Assembly: GCA_964567555.1 (NCBI GenBank)
Contig: CAZMNA010000003.1
Location: 18,882-82,881 of the forward strand
Origin: an uncultured Candidatus Saccharibacteria bacterium
Lineage (GTDB): Bacteria > Patescibacteriota > Saccharimonadia > Saccharimonadales > UBA10212
Direction: 5' to 3'
DNA: 64,000 nucleotides
Both the position numbers and the translations under genes were made by a program. Within the stretch, counting starts at the first letter, position 1, and the number at the start of each line of letters is the position of its first letter. Below the pieces are notes generated by a model that was given only the letters and a program-made list of their open reading frames with translations, searched no databases and had not been told where the DNA came from. Positions 1 through 10,768 of this stretch are shown here, piece by piece.

Positions 1-2
1 GG

Positions 3-1997
3 TGGTGCCCATTTGATAAAACCGTCTTGGCTGACGAGCAGGTTGAAAACGGTCGTTGCTGGCGCTGCGGCAACGAGGTTGAACGCAAGCTGCTGAAGCA
101 GTGGTTCTTCAAAATCCGTGAATATGCCGACCGGCTGGACGCGGACTTGGATAAAGTCGACTGGTCGAATTCTATAAAGACGATGCAGCACAACTGGATC
201 GGCAAGAGCCAGGGCATGATTTTCACCGCGCCGGTCAAATATACCAAAATGAAAATCCAGACTTTCTCGGCTCACTTCGAAGCTTTCATGGCCGACACAT
301 TCGTGGTCATCGCGCCCGACCATCCGCTACTGCCAGAACTCGTGAAGGGAACTAAGGATGAGCAAAAAGTTTTAGAATTTGCCGAAGCCATTCTCAAAAA
401 GCGCGTCAAGCAAGGCTTCGCTGACGAAGAAGACGTTCACGGTATCTTCACCGGTCGCTATATCGAAGATCCGGTTGGCAATGGCGATTTGCCCATTTGG
501 GTGGCCAGCTTTGCCTTGGCTCACTACGGTACAGGCATCGTTAAATGCTCAGCCCATGATGAGCGTGATTTCCGCTTCGCCAAAAAGTACGGACTAAAGC
601 TTAAACCTACTTTGCTGCCGCCTGACCCGAAAGCGGCTGAAAAAGTTAAGAGCTTTGAAGTCATGTACGACGACCACGACAATGGCATTTTAACAGAGCC
701 TAAAAAGTTTGCCGGCAAGGTGGCGCATGATGTCCGTTCAGAGATCGTTGATTATCTGGTCAAGCATAAGCTGGCCAAGCCGAAGGTTTCGTACAAAATG
801 CGTGATTGGCTGATTTCCCGTCAGCGTTATTGGGGCGCGCCGATCCCAATCATCCACTGCCAAAAATGTGGCACCGTGCCGGTGCCAGAAAAAGACTTGC
901 CAGTCGTTCTGCCTGAGGTTAAAAGCTATGAGCCAAGCGGCGACGGCCGCAGCCCGCTGGCCAATGTACCAGCATTTGTGAACGTTAAGTGCCCAAAGTG
1001 TGGTGGCGATGCTCAGAGGGAGACCGACACCATGGACGGCTTTGCCTGCTCAAGCTGGTATTTCCTGCGCTTTGCCGATCCTCACAATGATAAGGCTGCT
1101 TTTGATAAGGAAAAGGTTAAATTTTGGCTACCGGTTGACGATTATATTGGCGGCGCCGAACACGCTGTTATGCATCTTCTCTACGCGCGCTTCTGGACCA
1201 AGGTTATGTTTGATGAAAAACTTATAGATTTTGACGAACCGTTCTCATCCTTGCGCAACCACGGCATGATTTTGGCGCCCGATGGCCAAAAAATGAGCAA
1301 GAGCAAAGGCAACACCATTGAACCCGACGGCTTGATAGAACAAGGCTACGGGGCAGATTCTATTAGGCTGATGGAACTATTCATCGGGCCGTGGAACCAG
1401 GCCGCCAGCTGGAGTGTAGAAGGTCTGGCCGGCATGCACCGCTTTTTGTCCCGAGTCTGGTCGCTTGCACTGGAGTTTAATGAGGCCAGGGCTAGCGGCG
1501 GCCAGCCCATGCAGGCCGAACGTTTAGCTGCCGTTACGCACCGTGCTACCAAGAAAGTTACGCGCGATATAGAGGACTTCAATTTCAATACTGCCCTTGC
1601 CGCCCAGATGAGCCTGGTCAACGAGCTCTATAAGATTAAGGCCGAGCAGGGCTTTGCTGATAGAGGCGCTTGGCAGACCACCCTATCAACGCTTCTACAG
1701 CTTTTAGCGCCGTTTGCGCCACACATCGCCGAAGAACTGTGGGCTGAGTTGGGGCACGATAGCTCCATTCACATCGGCCCATGGCCGACTTGGGATGAAA
1801 AGTTAATTGCCGAAGAAGTCATGACCTTGGCCATTCAAATCAACGGTAAGGTTCGCGGCGAAGTTATGGTGCCGGTTGATGTAAGCGAATCTGGTGCTAT
1901 CGCCGCCGCCAAAGAAGCGGCGGCCGATAAACTGTCTGGTCAAAAAATCAAAAAAGAAATTTACGTACCAAGTCGCCTGGTTAACTTTGTTGTTTAA
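3..1997 (+). CDS. leuS: leucine--tRNA ligase (5' truncated by window edge)
   Basis: KMSKS motif, RDWLISRQRYWG, GGAEHAVMHLLYARF; frame is open from position 3. Confidence 0.97.
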   Translation, partial: WCPFDKTVLADEQVENGRCWRCGNEVERKLLKQWFFKIREYADRLDADLDKVDWSNSIKTMQHNWIGKSQGMIFTAPVKYTKMKIQTFSAHFEAFMADTFVVIAPDHPLLPELVKGTKDEQKVLEFAEAILKKRVKQGFADEEDVHGIFTGRYIEDPVGNGDLPIWVASFALAHYGTGIVKCSAHDERDFRFAKKYGLKLKPTLLPPDPKAAEKVKSFEVMYDDHDNGILTEPKKFAGKVAHDVRSEIVDYLVKHKLAKPKVSYKMRDWLISRQRYWGAPIPIIHCQKCGTVPVPEKDLPVVLPEVKSYEPSGDGRSPLANVPAFVNVKCPKCGGDAQRETDTMDGFACSSWYFLRFADPHNDKAAFDKEKVKFWLPVDDYIGGAEHAVMHLLYARFWTKVMFDEKLIDFDEPFSSLRNHGMILAPDGQKMSKSKGNTIEPDGLIEQGYGADSIRLMELFIGPWNQAASWSVEGLAGMHRFLSRVWSLALEFNEARASGGQPMQAERLAAVTHRATKKVTRDIEDFNFNTALAAQMSLVNELYKIKAEQGFADRGAWQTTLSTLLQLLAPFAPHIAEELWAELGHDSSIHIGPWPTWDEKLIAEEVMTLAIQINGKVRGEVMVPVDVSESGAIAAAKEAAADKLSGQKIKKEIYVPSRLVNFVV

Positions 1998-2242
1998 CCT
2001 CAGAGAGCTGGACTTCGCTCTGCATAGATACTGGCGGTTTATTATCTTTGCTAAATTTATCAATCGCCCGCGCCAAAACTAAACGATAAAAGGGTTTCTG
2101 TAGTAAATAAGCGGCCAAGGCAGGGCCTTCAAGCTGCTCAGATTCTTTCCGCTTCCTCATTCTGTAATAATATACTACTCTCCGGCTTACGCAAGCCCGC
2201 TCATCTCTGTTATAATGTTGATAACTCTAAAGGAGAAATAAA

Positions 2243-2392
2243 TTGGGCCAGCCCAAAAAACGAACAACCCATCGCCGGACCGGCATGCGCCGTAGCCACC
2301 ATGTTCTTAAGTTGGCTCGGATGGTTAATGCCAAAAGCCCCATCAAGGTACGCGTCGGCACGCGTAAGATGAAACAAACCGCTGCCAAGTAG
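2243..2392 (+). CDS. rpmF: 50S ribosomal protein L32, short zinc-free form (not in ORF track)
   Basis: TTG start after AAGGAG SD; MGQPKKRTTHRRTGMRRSH matches the L32 N-terminus; 49 aa with no Cys. Confidence 0.85.
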   Translation: MGQPKKRTTHRRTGMRRSHHVLKLARMVNAKSPIKVRVGTRKMKQTAAK

Positions 2393-2619
2393 AACCCGCT
2401 ACAGCTTGTAAGGTATAATTAAGCCAAAGAAACCAAAAAGGATTTTTAACAATATGGCTATAGGAACCCATCCCGTCGCTTACTTTTGGGCTGCAACCTC
2501 AAACCTTGGGCTGCAGAAACCATTTTGTGCGTCAACGTGCCTAGGGGCACGCCTCCTTACAAGAATGATTTCTTCGCCTTCAAGATTTGAGTTTTCGCTT
2601 TACGAAAGGAGCGGACAGA

Positions 2620-3099
2620 ATGGCTTCTAACCGCCACTTAGGCCGAATCGTCGCTCTACAAACTTTGTACGAGCAGGATTTTAGAGTGGAATGCCAAGAC
2701 GGTAGCTTTAAGCTTGACGAGGTCTTGGCGCGCAACGTTGCCCGCTACCAAGATACGATTGAAGACGTTGAGTTCATAAATCGCTTGGTAGAAGGCGTTT
2801 CGTCCAAGCAAAAAGAGCTGGATGATTTAATTCAGCCGCTGGCGCCGGAATGGCCGATTGATCAGATTGCCAGGATAGATCGAAATATCCTTCGCATGGG
2901 AGTGTGGGAGTTAAAAAGCGAGCCGGATGTACCTCAAAAGGTTGTTATCAACGAAGCGGTAGAGCTGGCTAAGGCCTTTGGTGGCGATAACTCATCCAAG
3001 TTCATTAACGGTGTTTTGGGGAGTGCACTTCGCCAGATTGAGGCTGACGAAAAACCCAAAAAAACTACCAAGTCTAAAGCCAAAGTTAAGAAGAGTTGA
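2620..3099 (+). CDS. nusB: transcription antitermination factor NusB
   Basis: RIDRNILRMG and VVINEAVELAKAFG..SSKFINGVLG; ATG after AAGGAG. Confidence 0.95.
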   Translation: MASNRHLGRIVALQTLYEQDFRVECQDGSFKLDEVLARNVARYQDTIEDVEFINRLVEGVSSKQKELDDLIQPLAPEWPIDQIARIDRNILRMGVWELKSEPDVPQKVVINEAVELAKAFGGDNSSKFINGVLGSALRQIEADEKPKKTTKSKAKVKKS

Positions 3100-3104
3100 A
3101 ATAT

Positions 3105-3596
3105 ATGAAAAGACCAAAACCATTCGCCGGCATAAAACGGTTTGTTCGTCACCCGGCTATCAGCCAGATTGTCAGGGAACCTACCGCTGGCGGCATAGTT
3201 TTTAGGCGCCCCAAGGACGACCCATCTAAAATCCAGATTTTAATGATCCAGGACAGCAAAGGTCGCTGGACCATACCCAAGGGTCATATTGAGGAGGGCG
3301 AGGCCGCCAGGGCAACCGCCGAGCGCGAAATCCGGGAGGAGACCGGCCTTGCTAATATGAAGGTGCAAGACTGGCTGGGTAAAATCAACTTCCGTTACCG
3401 GCGCGGCGCCAGCCTAGTTTTAATGACCACGGAAATCTTTTTGGTCCAGGCGCTTGGCAACACGGGCGCAATCAAAAAAGAAAAGTGGATGAACTCCATC
3501 GGCTGGTTGGACGCCAACGACGCACTTGAAAAGATTGAATATGAAGATATCGGCAAGCTAATATTGTTAGGGTTAAGGAAAATCAGGACACAGTAA
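3105..3596 (+). CDS. NUDIX hydrolase
   Basis: Nudix box GHIEEGE..ATAEREIREETG. Confidence 0.9.
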   Translation: MKRPKPFAGIKRFVRHPAISQIVREPTAGGIVFRRPKDDPSKIQILMIQDSKGRWTIPKGHIEEGEAARATAEREIREETGLANMKVQDWLGKINFRYRRGASLVLMTTEIFLVQALGNTGAIKKEKWMNSIGWLDANDALEKIEYEDIGKLILLGLRKIRTQ

Positions 3597-4285
3597 TGGA
3601 CATTTCAAAATACCAGGCATTTGCGGACGATCATTTAGGCGGTATCAGTGACATCAATTTGTTGGTCACGGCCTTTACCCACCGCTCATACTTAAACGAG
3701 CATCGCAAAACTGCCACAGAACATAACGAACGGCTAGAATTTTTGGGCGATGCTGTGCTGGAACTGGTTGTGACGGAATTTTTGTATGAAAACTATAAAG
3801 AGCCTGAAGGTATCTTGACCAACTGGCGCAGCGCCCTGGTTCGCACAGAAAGCATCGGCTCAGCCGCTGACCGTGAAAACTTTGGCGAGCTAATCCGGCT
3901 ATCACGCGGCGAAAAGCGCGGCTCCGAGCGTGCCCGCCACCAAATTCTGGCTAATTGCTACGAGGCCGTCCTTGGCGCGCTTTATCTGGATAAAGGCTAC
4001 GACGCCACCAAGGCTTTCATTAGCCGGACTTTACTGCCAACCTTTGAAGAGATTTTAAAAGAGGGCAGCTGGTTAGATCCAAAGTCCCGCCTGCAAGAAG
4101 CTGTCCAAAGCAAAGAAAACCTAACACCAATCTATAAGGTGACATCAGAAGAAGGTCCAGACCACGACAAAGTTTTTGTAGTTGGCGTTTACGTTGGCGG
4201 TGAGCTAAAAGGCGAGGGCCAAGGCCCAAGCAAGCAGGCCGCGCAGGTTGCCGCCGCTCACGCGGCTATGCGTGAATACAAGTAA
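3596..4285 (+). CDS. rnc: ribonuclease III
   Basis: NERLEFLGDAVL signature plus C-terminal dsRBD. Confidence 0.97.
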   Translation: MDISKYQAFADDHLGGISDINLLVTAFTHRSYLNEHRKTATEHNERLEFLGDAVLELVVTEFLYENYKEPEGILTNWRSALVRTESIGSAADRENFGELIRLSRGEKRGSERARHQILANCYEAVLGALYLDKGYDATKAFISRTLLPTFEEILKEGSWLDPKSRLQEAVQSKENLTPIYKVTSEEGPDHDKVFVVGVYVGGELKGEGQGPSKQAAQVAAAHAAMREYK

Positions 4286-4337
4286 GTCTTCTTAACACCT
4301 TGATTTTAGTCGTTTTTATCTGTAAAATAGCCAAGAT

Positions 4338-4937
4338 ATGTTAGCCATCCGCATGCAAAGGACTGGCCGTCGTGGTCACGCCCAATTTAGGGTGATTGTT
4401 CAAGATAGCCGCTTCCACCCGACTCGCGGCAAGGTCGTGGCGTACCTCGGGTCTTATAATCCGCATGCCAAGACCGCTCAGCTTGATAAAGAGGCTGCCC
4501 AGAAGTATCTAAGTAACGGCGCCCAGCCTTCGGACCGCGCAGTCAAGCTTTTGAAAGCAGAGGGCGTCAAGCTGCCAGCTTGGGTAGAAGTTTCGTCTCC
4601 CAAGAAAAAGGCTATAAAAAACCCAGAAAAGCTACGCCGCAACCGTCCGGCTGATGCTGCCCCTGAGCAGAAGCCTGCTACCGCTGAAGAACCGGCCGCC
4701 GAAGCTCCAGCCGAAGAAGCCGCTCCGGCTGTCGAGGAGACACCGGCTGAACCTCAAGTCCAAAAAGCTGATCCAGCCACCGAGCCACCAGCGGAAGAAT
4801 CCGCGCCAGATGATGCAGCTCCGGCCACAGAGCAGCCTGTTGAAGAACCAGCTGAAGCTGCGCCTGAGCCAGCGGAAGAAAAGCCCGCAGAACCAGCGCC
4901 GGCTGAGGCACCTTCCCAAGAGCCCAAAGCCAAATAG
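4338..4937 (+). CDS. rpsP: 30S ribosomal protein S16 with long Ala/Pro/Glu tail
   Basis: MLAIRMQRTGR, LGSYNP, GAQPSD. Confidence 0.95.
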   Translation: MLAIRMQRTGRRGHAQFRVIVQDSRFHPTRGKVVAYLGSYNPHAKTAQLDKEAAQKYLSNGAQPSDRAVKLLKAEGVKLPAWVEVSSPKKKAIKNPEKLRRNRPADAAPEQKPATAEEPAAEAPAEEAAPAVEETPAEPQVQKADPATEPPAEESAPDDAAPATEQPVEEPAEAAPEPAEEKPAEPAPAEAPSQEPKAK

Positions 4938-4986
4938 CTCATTTTGCTATAATTAATTCTAGAAGACTAATTTCAAGGAGAGACCT

Positions 4987-5526
4987 ATGACCGCATCTAT
5001 AGACGAACAGTTCGTGGAATACATCGTAAAGTCACTTGTGGGCAAGCCTGACGCTGTAAGTATCCAAAGAACAATCGATGAAAAGGGCGTTTTATTAGAG
5101 CTAACTGTTGACCCAGAAGATCTAGGGCGGGTGATTGGTAAGCGTGGTGCCACTGCCCAGAGCCTGCGCACACTTCTGCGAGCGCTTGGAACTAAAAACG
5201 ATGCTCGCTATAACCTCAAGATTGTAGATAATGGCGAGCCTCGACCGCCGCGAGAGGACTATCATCGTGACGGCGGTTCACCCAAAGACGACTCTGCTCA
5301 AAACGACAGTGGCCAAGCAACTGATGAACCGTCGGCCGCTCCGGCCGTCGATGAGCCAGCCGACACAGCCGCAAATGAACCGGATAAGTCCGAGGCCGAA
5401 CCCGAGGCCAAAGAAGAAGCCAACCAAACAACTGGCGATGATGCCGAACATAGCGAGGAAACCGGCAGTAACCTAGCCGAGCGCACCCGTCGCGAGCTGG
5501 CAGAACTCGACGACCTAGACGTTTAA
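4987..5526 (+). CDS. khpA: KH-domain RNA-binding protein KhpA-like with acidic tail
   Basis: DLGRVIGKRGATAQSLRTLL; follows rpsP. Confidence 0.88.
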   Translation: MTASIDEQFVEYIVKSLVGKPDAVSIQRTIDEKGVLLELTVDPEDLGRVIGKRGATAQSLRTLLRALGTKNDARYNLKIVDNGEPRPPREDYHRDGGSPKDDSAQNDSGQATDEPSAAPAVDEPADTAANEPDKSEAEPEAKEEANQTTGDDAEHSEETGSNLAERTRRELAELDDLDV

Positions 5527-5539
5527 TCTTTAGATTGTA

Positions 5540-6493
5540 ATGAAAACGATAGTCATCGGTTCACTCAACACCGACCTAGTTGCTACTGGCCTCAAGAAAT
5601 TTCCAAAGGCTGGTGAACATGTCTATGGCAAAGAGCTATTAATTAGCCCCGGAGGCAAATCGCGTAACATTGCAGACATGATTGCGCGTCTTTCATCCGG
5701 GGATTCGGTGGCTATGGTTGGCAGGACGATCAAAGACAAATATGGGTTATGGAAACTCCCCATTAGCTCACTGAGTGAAGCCGGCGTAAACGTAGATTAC
5801 GTTAATATTTCAGGCCCCTCGAACAACCAGGAATTACCAGGTATCGCGTTAATACCTGTCGATGAGGCAGGCAATAATCAAATAATAGTACTCCCTGGAA
5901 TCAGCAATAGCTTTAGTCCTGAAGATATTGATCGTGCCTCCGACCTTTTTAAAGAAGTTGGCAGCAATCACGGGATGCTTGTCCTGACGTTGGAGTGTCC
6001 TCTAGATACTACCTTCCATGCTATTAAGAAGGCCAATAAATATGGGATAAGAGTCATGTTTGATCCTGGCGGTGTTCAAGCAGGGGACGACGTGGCAAAA
6101 CTATTGAATCTAGACATATTCTTCATTAAACCAAACGAACATGAAGCAAATATTCTAACAGGGGTAAATGTTAAAGATTTTGCTTCAGCGAAACTAGCGG
6201 CTCAGCGCCTGAAAGAAGAAGGCATACGCAACATCCTAATAACAGCAGGTTCTGTGGGAGCATATTTATTTAGTGATGGTATAGAAAAACACATACCGAT
6301 ACCAAAATTGAGTGGCGGTACGAAAGACGAGACAGGCTGCGGCGATCAGACGATGGCTACCTTTTGTGCCTATATGCAAGATGGTAAGTCTATAGAGGAA
6401 GCTGCTGAGGTCTCAATTCTAGCAGGTACGCTCCAGTCCTATAAGGACGGAGTCCAGCCACTCACTAAGGATGCAATAGAAAACACACAATGA
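5540..6493 (+). CDS. PfkB/ribokinase-family carbohydrate kinase
   Basis: GSLNTDL, PGGK, KPNEHEA, DETGCGD. Confidence 0.88.
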   Translation: MKTIVIGSLNTDLVATGLKKFPKAGEHVYGKELLISPGGKSRNIADMIARLSSGDSVAMVGRTIKDKYGLWKLPISSLSEAGVNVDYVNISGPSNNQELPGIALIPVDEAGNNQIIVLPGISNSFSPEDIDRASDLFKEVGSNHGMLVLTLECPLDTTFHAIKKANKYGIRVMFDPGGVQAGDDVAKLLNLDIFFIKPNEHEANILTGVNVKDFASAKLAAQRLKEEGIRNILITAGSVGAYLFSDGIEKHIPIPKLSGGTKDETGCGDQTMATFCAYMQDGKSIEEAAEVSILAGTLQSYKDGVQPLTKDAIENTQ

Positions 6494-7146
6494 AAATCCA
6501 AATCATAACTCTATTTCCGGAGATGTTTGAGGGTGTGCTTAATTCTTCTATGCTTTGGAAAGCTCAAAAAGAAGGGTTGGTTGAATATCGGCTGATAAAT
6601 CTGCGCGATTTTGGCATTGGACCTCGTAAGCAAGTGGACGACACGCCTTACGGCGGTGGTGACGGCATGGTGCTTCGGCCCGAGCCTCTATTTGCGGCAG
6701 TCGAGACGGCCAAAAAAAATGATTCAGATGCCCAAGTCTTGCTGATGACCCCGCGTGGCGAAACGCTCAGCCAAGAAATGGCGCGGGAATTTGCTGTCAC
6801 CGAAGCCGGGTTAATAATTATTTGCGGCCGCTACGAAGGCTACGACGAGCGCATAACAAGCTTGGTTGACAAGCAGCTTTCTGTTGGCGAGTATGTCTTA
6901 ACCGGGGGAGAACTACCGGCAATGATTGTCGTCGACGCGGTGACGCGGCTAATTCCTGGTGTGCTTGGTGGCGAAACCAGTGCCGAGCTAGAGAGCTTCA
7001 CCAACGCGGGAGAAATTGAACATCCGCACTTTACCCGGCCGGAAGAATTTCGCGGCCTGAAAGTGCCTGAAGTGTTATTATCAGGGAATCACGCTGAGAT
7101 AAAAAAATGGCGTGCCTACCAATCTAAACAAACCAAGGAAGAATAA
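6490..7146 (+). CDS. trmD: tRNA (guanine-N1)-methyltransferase
   Basis: [31 protein letters not shown]. Confidence 0.97.
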   Translation: MKIQIITLFPEMFEGVLNSSMLWKAQKEGLVEYRLINLRDFGIGPRKQVDDTPYGGGDGMVLRPEPLFAAVETAKKNDSDAQVLLMTPRGETLSQEMAREFAVTEAGLIIICGRYEGYDERITSLVDKQLSVGEYVLTGGELPAMIVVDAVTRLIPGVLGGETSAELESFTNAGEIEHPHFTRPEEFRGLKVPEVLLSGNHAEIKKWRAYQSKQTKEE

Positions 7147-7151
7147 ATATT

Positions 7152-7751
7152 ATGAGTTTTACACTACCAGACCTGGGTTACGCATTCGATGCGCTAGAGC
7201 CCTATATCGACGCCAAAACCATGGAGATTCACCATGATAAACATCACGCCGCTTACGTAGAGAAACTAAACGCCGCTATCCAGAAGGTCCCAGATTTTGC
7301 CGACAAATCCATAGAAGAAATTTTGGCCAAGAATGAAGACATACCAGAAGATTTTCGCCAGGCAGTCATAAACAATGGTGGTGGTCATCACAATCATAAG
7401 TTGTTCTGGGAGACCATGAAACCAGGCGGCGCCAAAGCTCCGGCAGACAACCTGGGCGAAGCCATAGCCTACAGCTTTAGTAGTTTTGAAAATTTTAAGA
7501 CTAAATTTGCAGAAGCGGCAACTACTCGTTTTGGTTCGGGCTGGGCGTGGCTGGTCAAAGACGGTGACAAGCTAGAGATTTATTCTACTGCCAACCAAGA
7601 CAGTCCGCTGATGGAAGGTAAGACTCCAATCTTGGGCCTAGACGTCTGGGAACACGCCTACTACCTAAAGTACCAAAACAAACGCCCCGACTACATCGAG
7701 GCTTGGTGGAATGTGGTCAACTGGGACGTCGCAGCTGATCGCCTAACCTAA
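7152..7751 (+). CDS. sodA: Mn/Fe superoxide dismutase
   Basis: [20 protein letters not shown]. Confidence 0.95.
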   Translation: MSFTLPDLGYAFDALEPYIDAKTMEIHHDKHHAAYVEKLNAAIQKVPDFADKSIEEILAKNEDIPEDFRQAVINNGGGHHNHKLFWETMKPGGAKAPADNLGEAIAYSFSSFENFKTKFAEAATTRFGSGWAWLVKDGDKLEIYSTANQDSPLMEGKTPILGLDVWEHAYYLKYQNKRPDYIEAWWNVVNWDVAADRLT

Positions 7752-8378
7752 GATATTGACAGCGCGAGCGGTAACTAAGACCACAGTCAGCAGCGAGATA
7801 AATGCTTGAGCACTCATTAAGGCTTTGGCGATGTGGGTTAGGGGCATAGTATCGGTTGGGCTGAAAGCTGTGCTATTAGTGAGTGAAACGTATAGGTAAT
7901 CGAAGAATAATGGCTGCCAATTGGGGTCATTGCTTTGCGGGAACTGAAAATCATCAGACCTTCGACGCTTACCCGAGAGGCCGGGGCTATCAAGCTCCCA
8001 ATACCACAGTCCAAAGACAATGATGTTGGTTAAAAATATCGCCAGTGCGCCGCTCAACAGTGTGCGCCCCGGTATCCCAGAATTTGTAATCAGTGCGTTA
8101 GTTAGTAGCCCCAGCTCAAACGCGTTGGCTATCGATACGATTGCGATTAAGAGTGTCGCAATAGGCGTATGCAATCCGCCCTTGCCGATATGCCGTCTCG
8201 GGGCCGTGAACGCTATAGCGAGTGTTAAAATCAACAGCAAACTTGCTACTAGGTATTTGGGGCCAAATATAAGCCTTTTGGAAATAGTAAACTGCAGGCC
8301 TGCCGCTAGCAGTAGAGTTAGTTCGGCTATCCAAAGTTCCTGTCGCTTTATAGGGTGCATAATGCCTAGTATACGCAC
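7743..8378 (-). CDS. DUF1345-like membrane protein
   Basis: [31 protein letters not shown]; several hydrophobic segments. Confidence 0.75.
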   Translation of the reverse strand: MRILGIMHPIKRQELWIAELTLLLAAGLQFTISKRLIFGPKYLVASLLLILTLAIAFTAPRRHIGKGGLHTPIATLLIAIVSIANAFELGLLTNALITNSGIPGRTLLSGALAIFLTNIIVFGLWYWELDSPGLSGKRRRSDDFQFPQSNDPNWQPLFFDYLYVSLTNSTAFSPTDTMPLTHIAKALMSAQAFISLLTVVLVTARAVNILG

Positions 8379-8429
8379 AGTTGGTTATGGCAGTAAAGAC
8401 GGCTATAATAACAGGGGTAAATTGTTCAG

Positions 8430-8503
8430 TGGGGAGTGGCCAAGTGGTAAGGCACTGGGTTCTGGTCCCAGGATCGGGGGTTCGAGTCCCTCCTCCCCAG
8501 CCA
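8430..8503 (+). tRNA. tRNA-Gln (CTG)
   Basis: Acceptor stem TGGGGAG/CTCCCCA, anticodon arm CTGGG-TTCTGGT-CCCAG, GTTCGA T-loop, encoded CCA. Confidence 0.97.
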
Positions 8504-8712
8504 TATAGGACGAGCTGAGGTGTTAAGTTTCAAAAAACTAATATAGCCATAAGCTTTTATGGCATTAATGTCAAATGTTTAACACTTTGGGCAAGTTCGA
8601 GTACTATCTCTCCTATTGACAGAGTTCAATATTTTACAGATAGGACATGTTATAGCTAGTGTTGTTAAAATAATAATTGAACTTTTTAACAAGAGCGTAC
8701 AACTAAATAGGG

Positions 8713-9498
8713 CTAGGTATAGAGCCCATGCTCTCTATAGTCTATTCCTTGAGATAGAGTGTGGACGTTAAAGAAGGCTCTAAAAACGACATTATTGGGA
8801 TCGTCCAACTTATCTTCAACCACTGTACCCGCAGATTTTATAAACTGTGTTAAAACCTCTGTGCGCTCCTCTGGAGTGCACCATTCTTGCCAAAGCAAGT
8901 CACCGAAACGCTCTATGTAGTAAGCAATTAACCCATCCTCATTGAGCCAGTGCGTCTCTACCATGCGTGGATCTACATCCATCAAAACAACAGCCTCTTC
9001 GCCAGTCTCTGTCGTAACAAACCGAAACATATCGCGCTGCAAAACTGGGCTATGGATCTTAAGCCCGCCATATCCTCTGAATAGCCTTGGAAGTCTAGCA
9101 GCAAGATCAACTTTAGTTTGGGTCGAGGCTTCTATAATTGGGTGACTATGGGCCAGATATTCGCTAACCATGACAACTGGGTTTTGCGCAACTGAATCGT
9201 AATCGTTTATGGCTATCTCTGTCCTTACAGGCGATATACCGGCCATGCGAAAGGTCTCCTGCATGCAATCCCACACCTCCTCGAAATTACGACCGCACGC
9301 TTCCACCTCATTTACGGCTCGCCGAGTGAAACTTCTAGTAACAAATTGTCTGCCATCCTCCTCTTCAACAAGTTGCAGGAGAATATCTGGAGAGTGAGAA
9401 AGCCTTTCAACCGGCTGCGCTACCTGAATACGCCCACGGATTAGACCGTCTAGGCCATCTACAAATTCTTGGGTAGGATAAATCTCTAGTCCGCTCAT
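8713..9498 (-). CDS. hypothetical protein
   Basis: 261-aa ORF with TTGCAA-16-CATAAT promoter just upstream. Confidence 0.7.
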   Translation of the reverse strand: MSGLEIYPTQEFVDGLDGLIRGRIQVAQPVERLSHSPDILLQLVEEEDGRQFVTRSFTRRAVNEVEACGRNFEEVWDCMQETFRMAGISPVRTEIAINDYDSVAQNPVVMVSEYLAHSHPIIEASTQTKVDLAARLPRLFRGYGGLKIHSPVLQRDMFRFVTTETGEEAVVLMDVDPRMVETHWLNEDGLIAYYIERFGDLLWQEWCTPEERTEVLTQFIKSAGTVVEDKLDDPNNVVFRAFFNVHTLSQGIDYREHGLYT

Positions 9499-9571
9499 TA
9501 TGAGTAAATTATGATAAAAAGCGATTTATTTGCAAGCATAAGCTTACATCACTGGAGAAATTAATAGTTGA

Positions 9572-9647
9572 TTTACATATAGATACATTTATTATATAAC
9601 TAGCCCGTCTTTGTTGAGGTGTTTCAATGCGAGGACGCTCTTTAACC
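9572..9647 (+). promoter_or_regulatory. sigma70 promoter, leader hairpin and boxA-like element
   Basis: TTTACA-17-TATAAC, then a hairpin, then CGCTCTTTAACC (9636-9647). Confidence 0.55.
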
Positions 9648-9708
9648 CAAGCTTTCCGGCTGTGCCGGACGGCTAAATCGGGGCAGTGCCCCAAGGAGGT
9701 GGCTTAAA

Positions 9709-10704
9709 ATGCCACGCAATCGTGACGATCGGATCAAGTACCGCAAGGACTTCCCGTTCGTGGACTGGTTCTACACGGTCGGACCGGGCACCCTAAAGAC
9801 CCATGATCCTGATAACTTTGCAAGTGTCGAGATCAAGGTCAAGCAGGGAACGCCGGATCTGATGTACAGACAGTCCCAGGATGCCGGTCCTTGGGAGGTT
9901 GCTATTTCCCCCGCGATCGTTCGGACCGCGGAGCCCCACTACGAGGGTCAGCAGTGCGAGTATCTCTTCGTAGTTCTTACCGACGGCGTCGTCTCTACCG
10001 AGATGAGGATTGGAGTGAAGGAAGGATACCCTGAATCCTGCCGGTATAACTACGTACGAGAGGTCTTCACCAAGTATCCCTTCGCAAGAGTTGAGTACCT
10101 TGTCTGGGTCTCGATCCAGAACTGGTACGATACGCCGGAGGATCACGTTTGGAGTCTCGCACCCGGCGTCGACGATCAGTACTTCGTCGAGAGGACAATG
10201 AAGGTCACGATCTACAAACCACCACGTGATGGTTGGTCGGGTCTGTATCGTCGTGCTCGGCTCGGCGATACGTACCTAACGACTCGGCCACTTCTTCGTG
10301 GGATCGTCAGTAACGACCCAGACTGGTTGGCGATCAGCGATCGCTTGGATCAGCTCGCGGAAGCGTTCGAGTCGCGTGTCTACCTAAAGGGAATGCGTGA
10401 CAAGATCGACTCCTCAGAGATGAAGGGTATGGCCAGTCAGTGGGGCAACGTCAAAGTCATGACTTACGCCGCCCTCGGGCGGGTCATGATCACCCTCGAT
10501 GAACCGCGTTACCAGATCACCTTCATGGCCGCTGAAGACGGCGAGCCACGGATGGGCATTAACGCAGTCGATGGGCCACTTCCTCAACTCGAGCGGATCG
10601 TCAAGACGGTCATCAAAGGTTGGGAAGCATCCGAAGATCCCGCCTCTTCGCACAACGATGAGCGGGGGTTCAGCCCGTGGCCATTCATCCCTGAGACCAC
10701 CTAA
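9709..10704 (+). CDS. hypothetical protein with GC-rich codon usage
   Basis: 331-aa ORF with AAGGAGGT SD. Confidence 0.8.
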   Translation: MPRNRDDRIKYRKDFPFVDWFYTVGPGTLKTHDPDNFASVEIKVKQGTPDLMYRQSQDAGPWEVAISPAIVRTAEPHYEGQQCEYLFVVLTDGVVSTEMRIGVKEGYPESCRYNYVREVFTKYPFARVEYLVWVSIQNWYDTPEDHVWSLAPGVDDQYFVERTMKVTIYKPPRDGWSGLYRRARLGDTYLTTRPLLRGIVSNDPDWLAISDRLDQLAEAFESRVYLKGMRDKIDSSEMKGMASQWGNVKVMTYAALGRVMITLDEPRYQITFMAAEDGEPRMGINAVDGPLPQLERIVKTVIKGWEASEDPASSHNDERGFSPWPFIPETT

Positions 10705-10720
10705 ACCTCAACGGAGACGA

Positions 10721-10762
10721 GAGGGGCGGTTCATCCGCCCCTCAACTCTCAAATTTTTTTTA
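10721..10762 (+). terminator. GC hairpin plus T-tract
   Basis: GAGGGGCGG-TTCAT-CCGCCCCTC followed by AAATTTTTTTT. Confidence 0.65.
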
Positions 10763-10768
10763 GGGCTT

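Noticed and set aside
1980-2161. Possible frameshifted small gene on the minus strand after leuS
   Set aside because: Short, with no recognisable homology; cannot be supported
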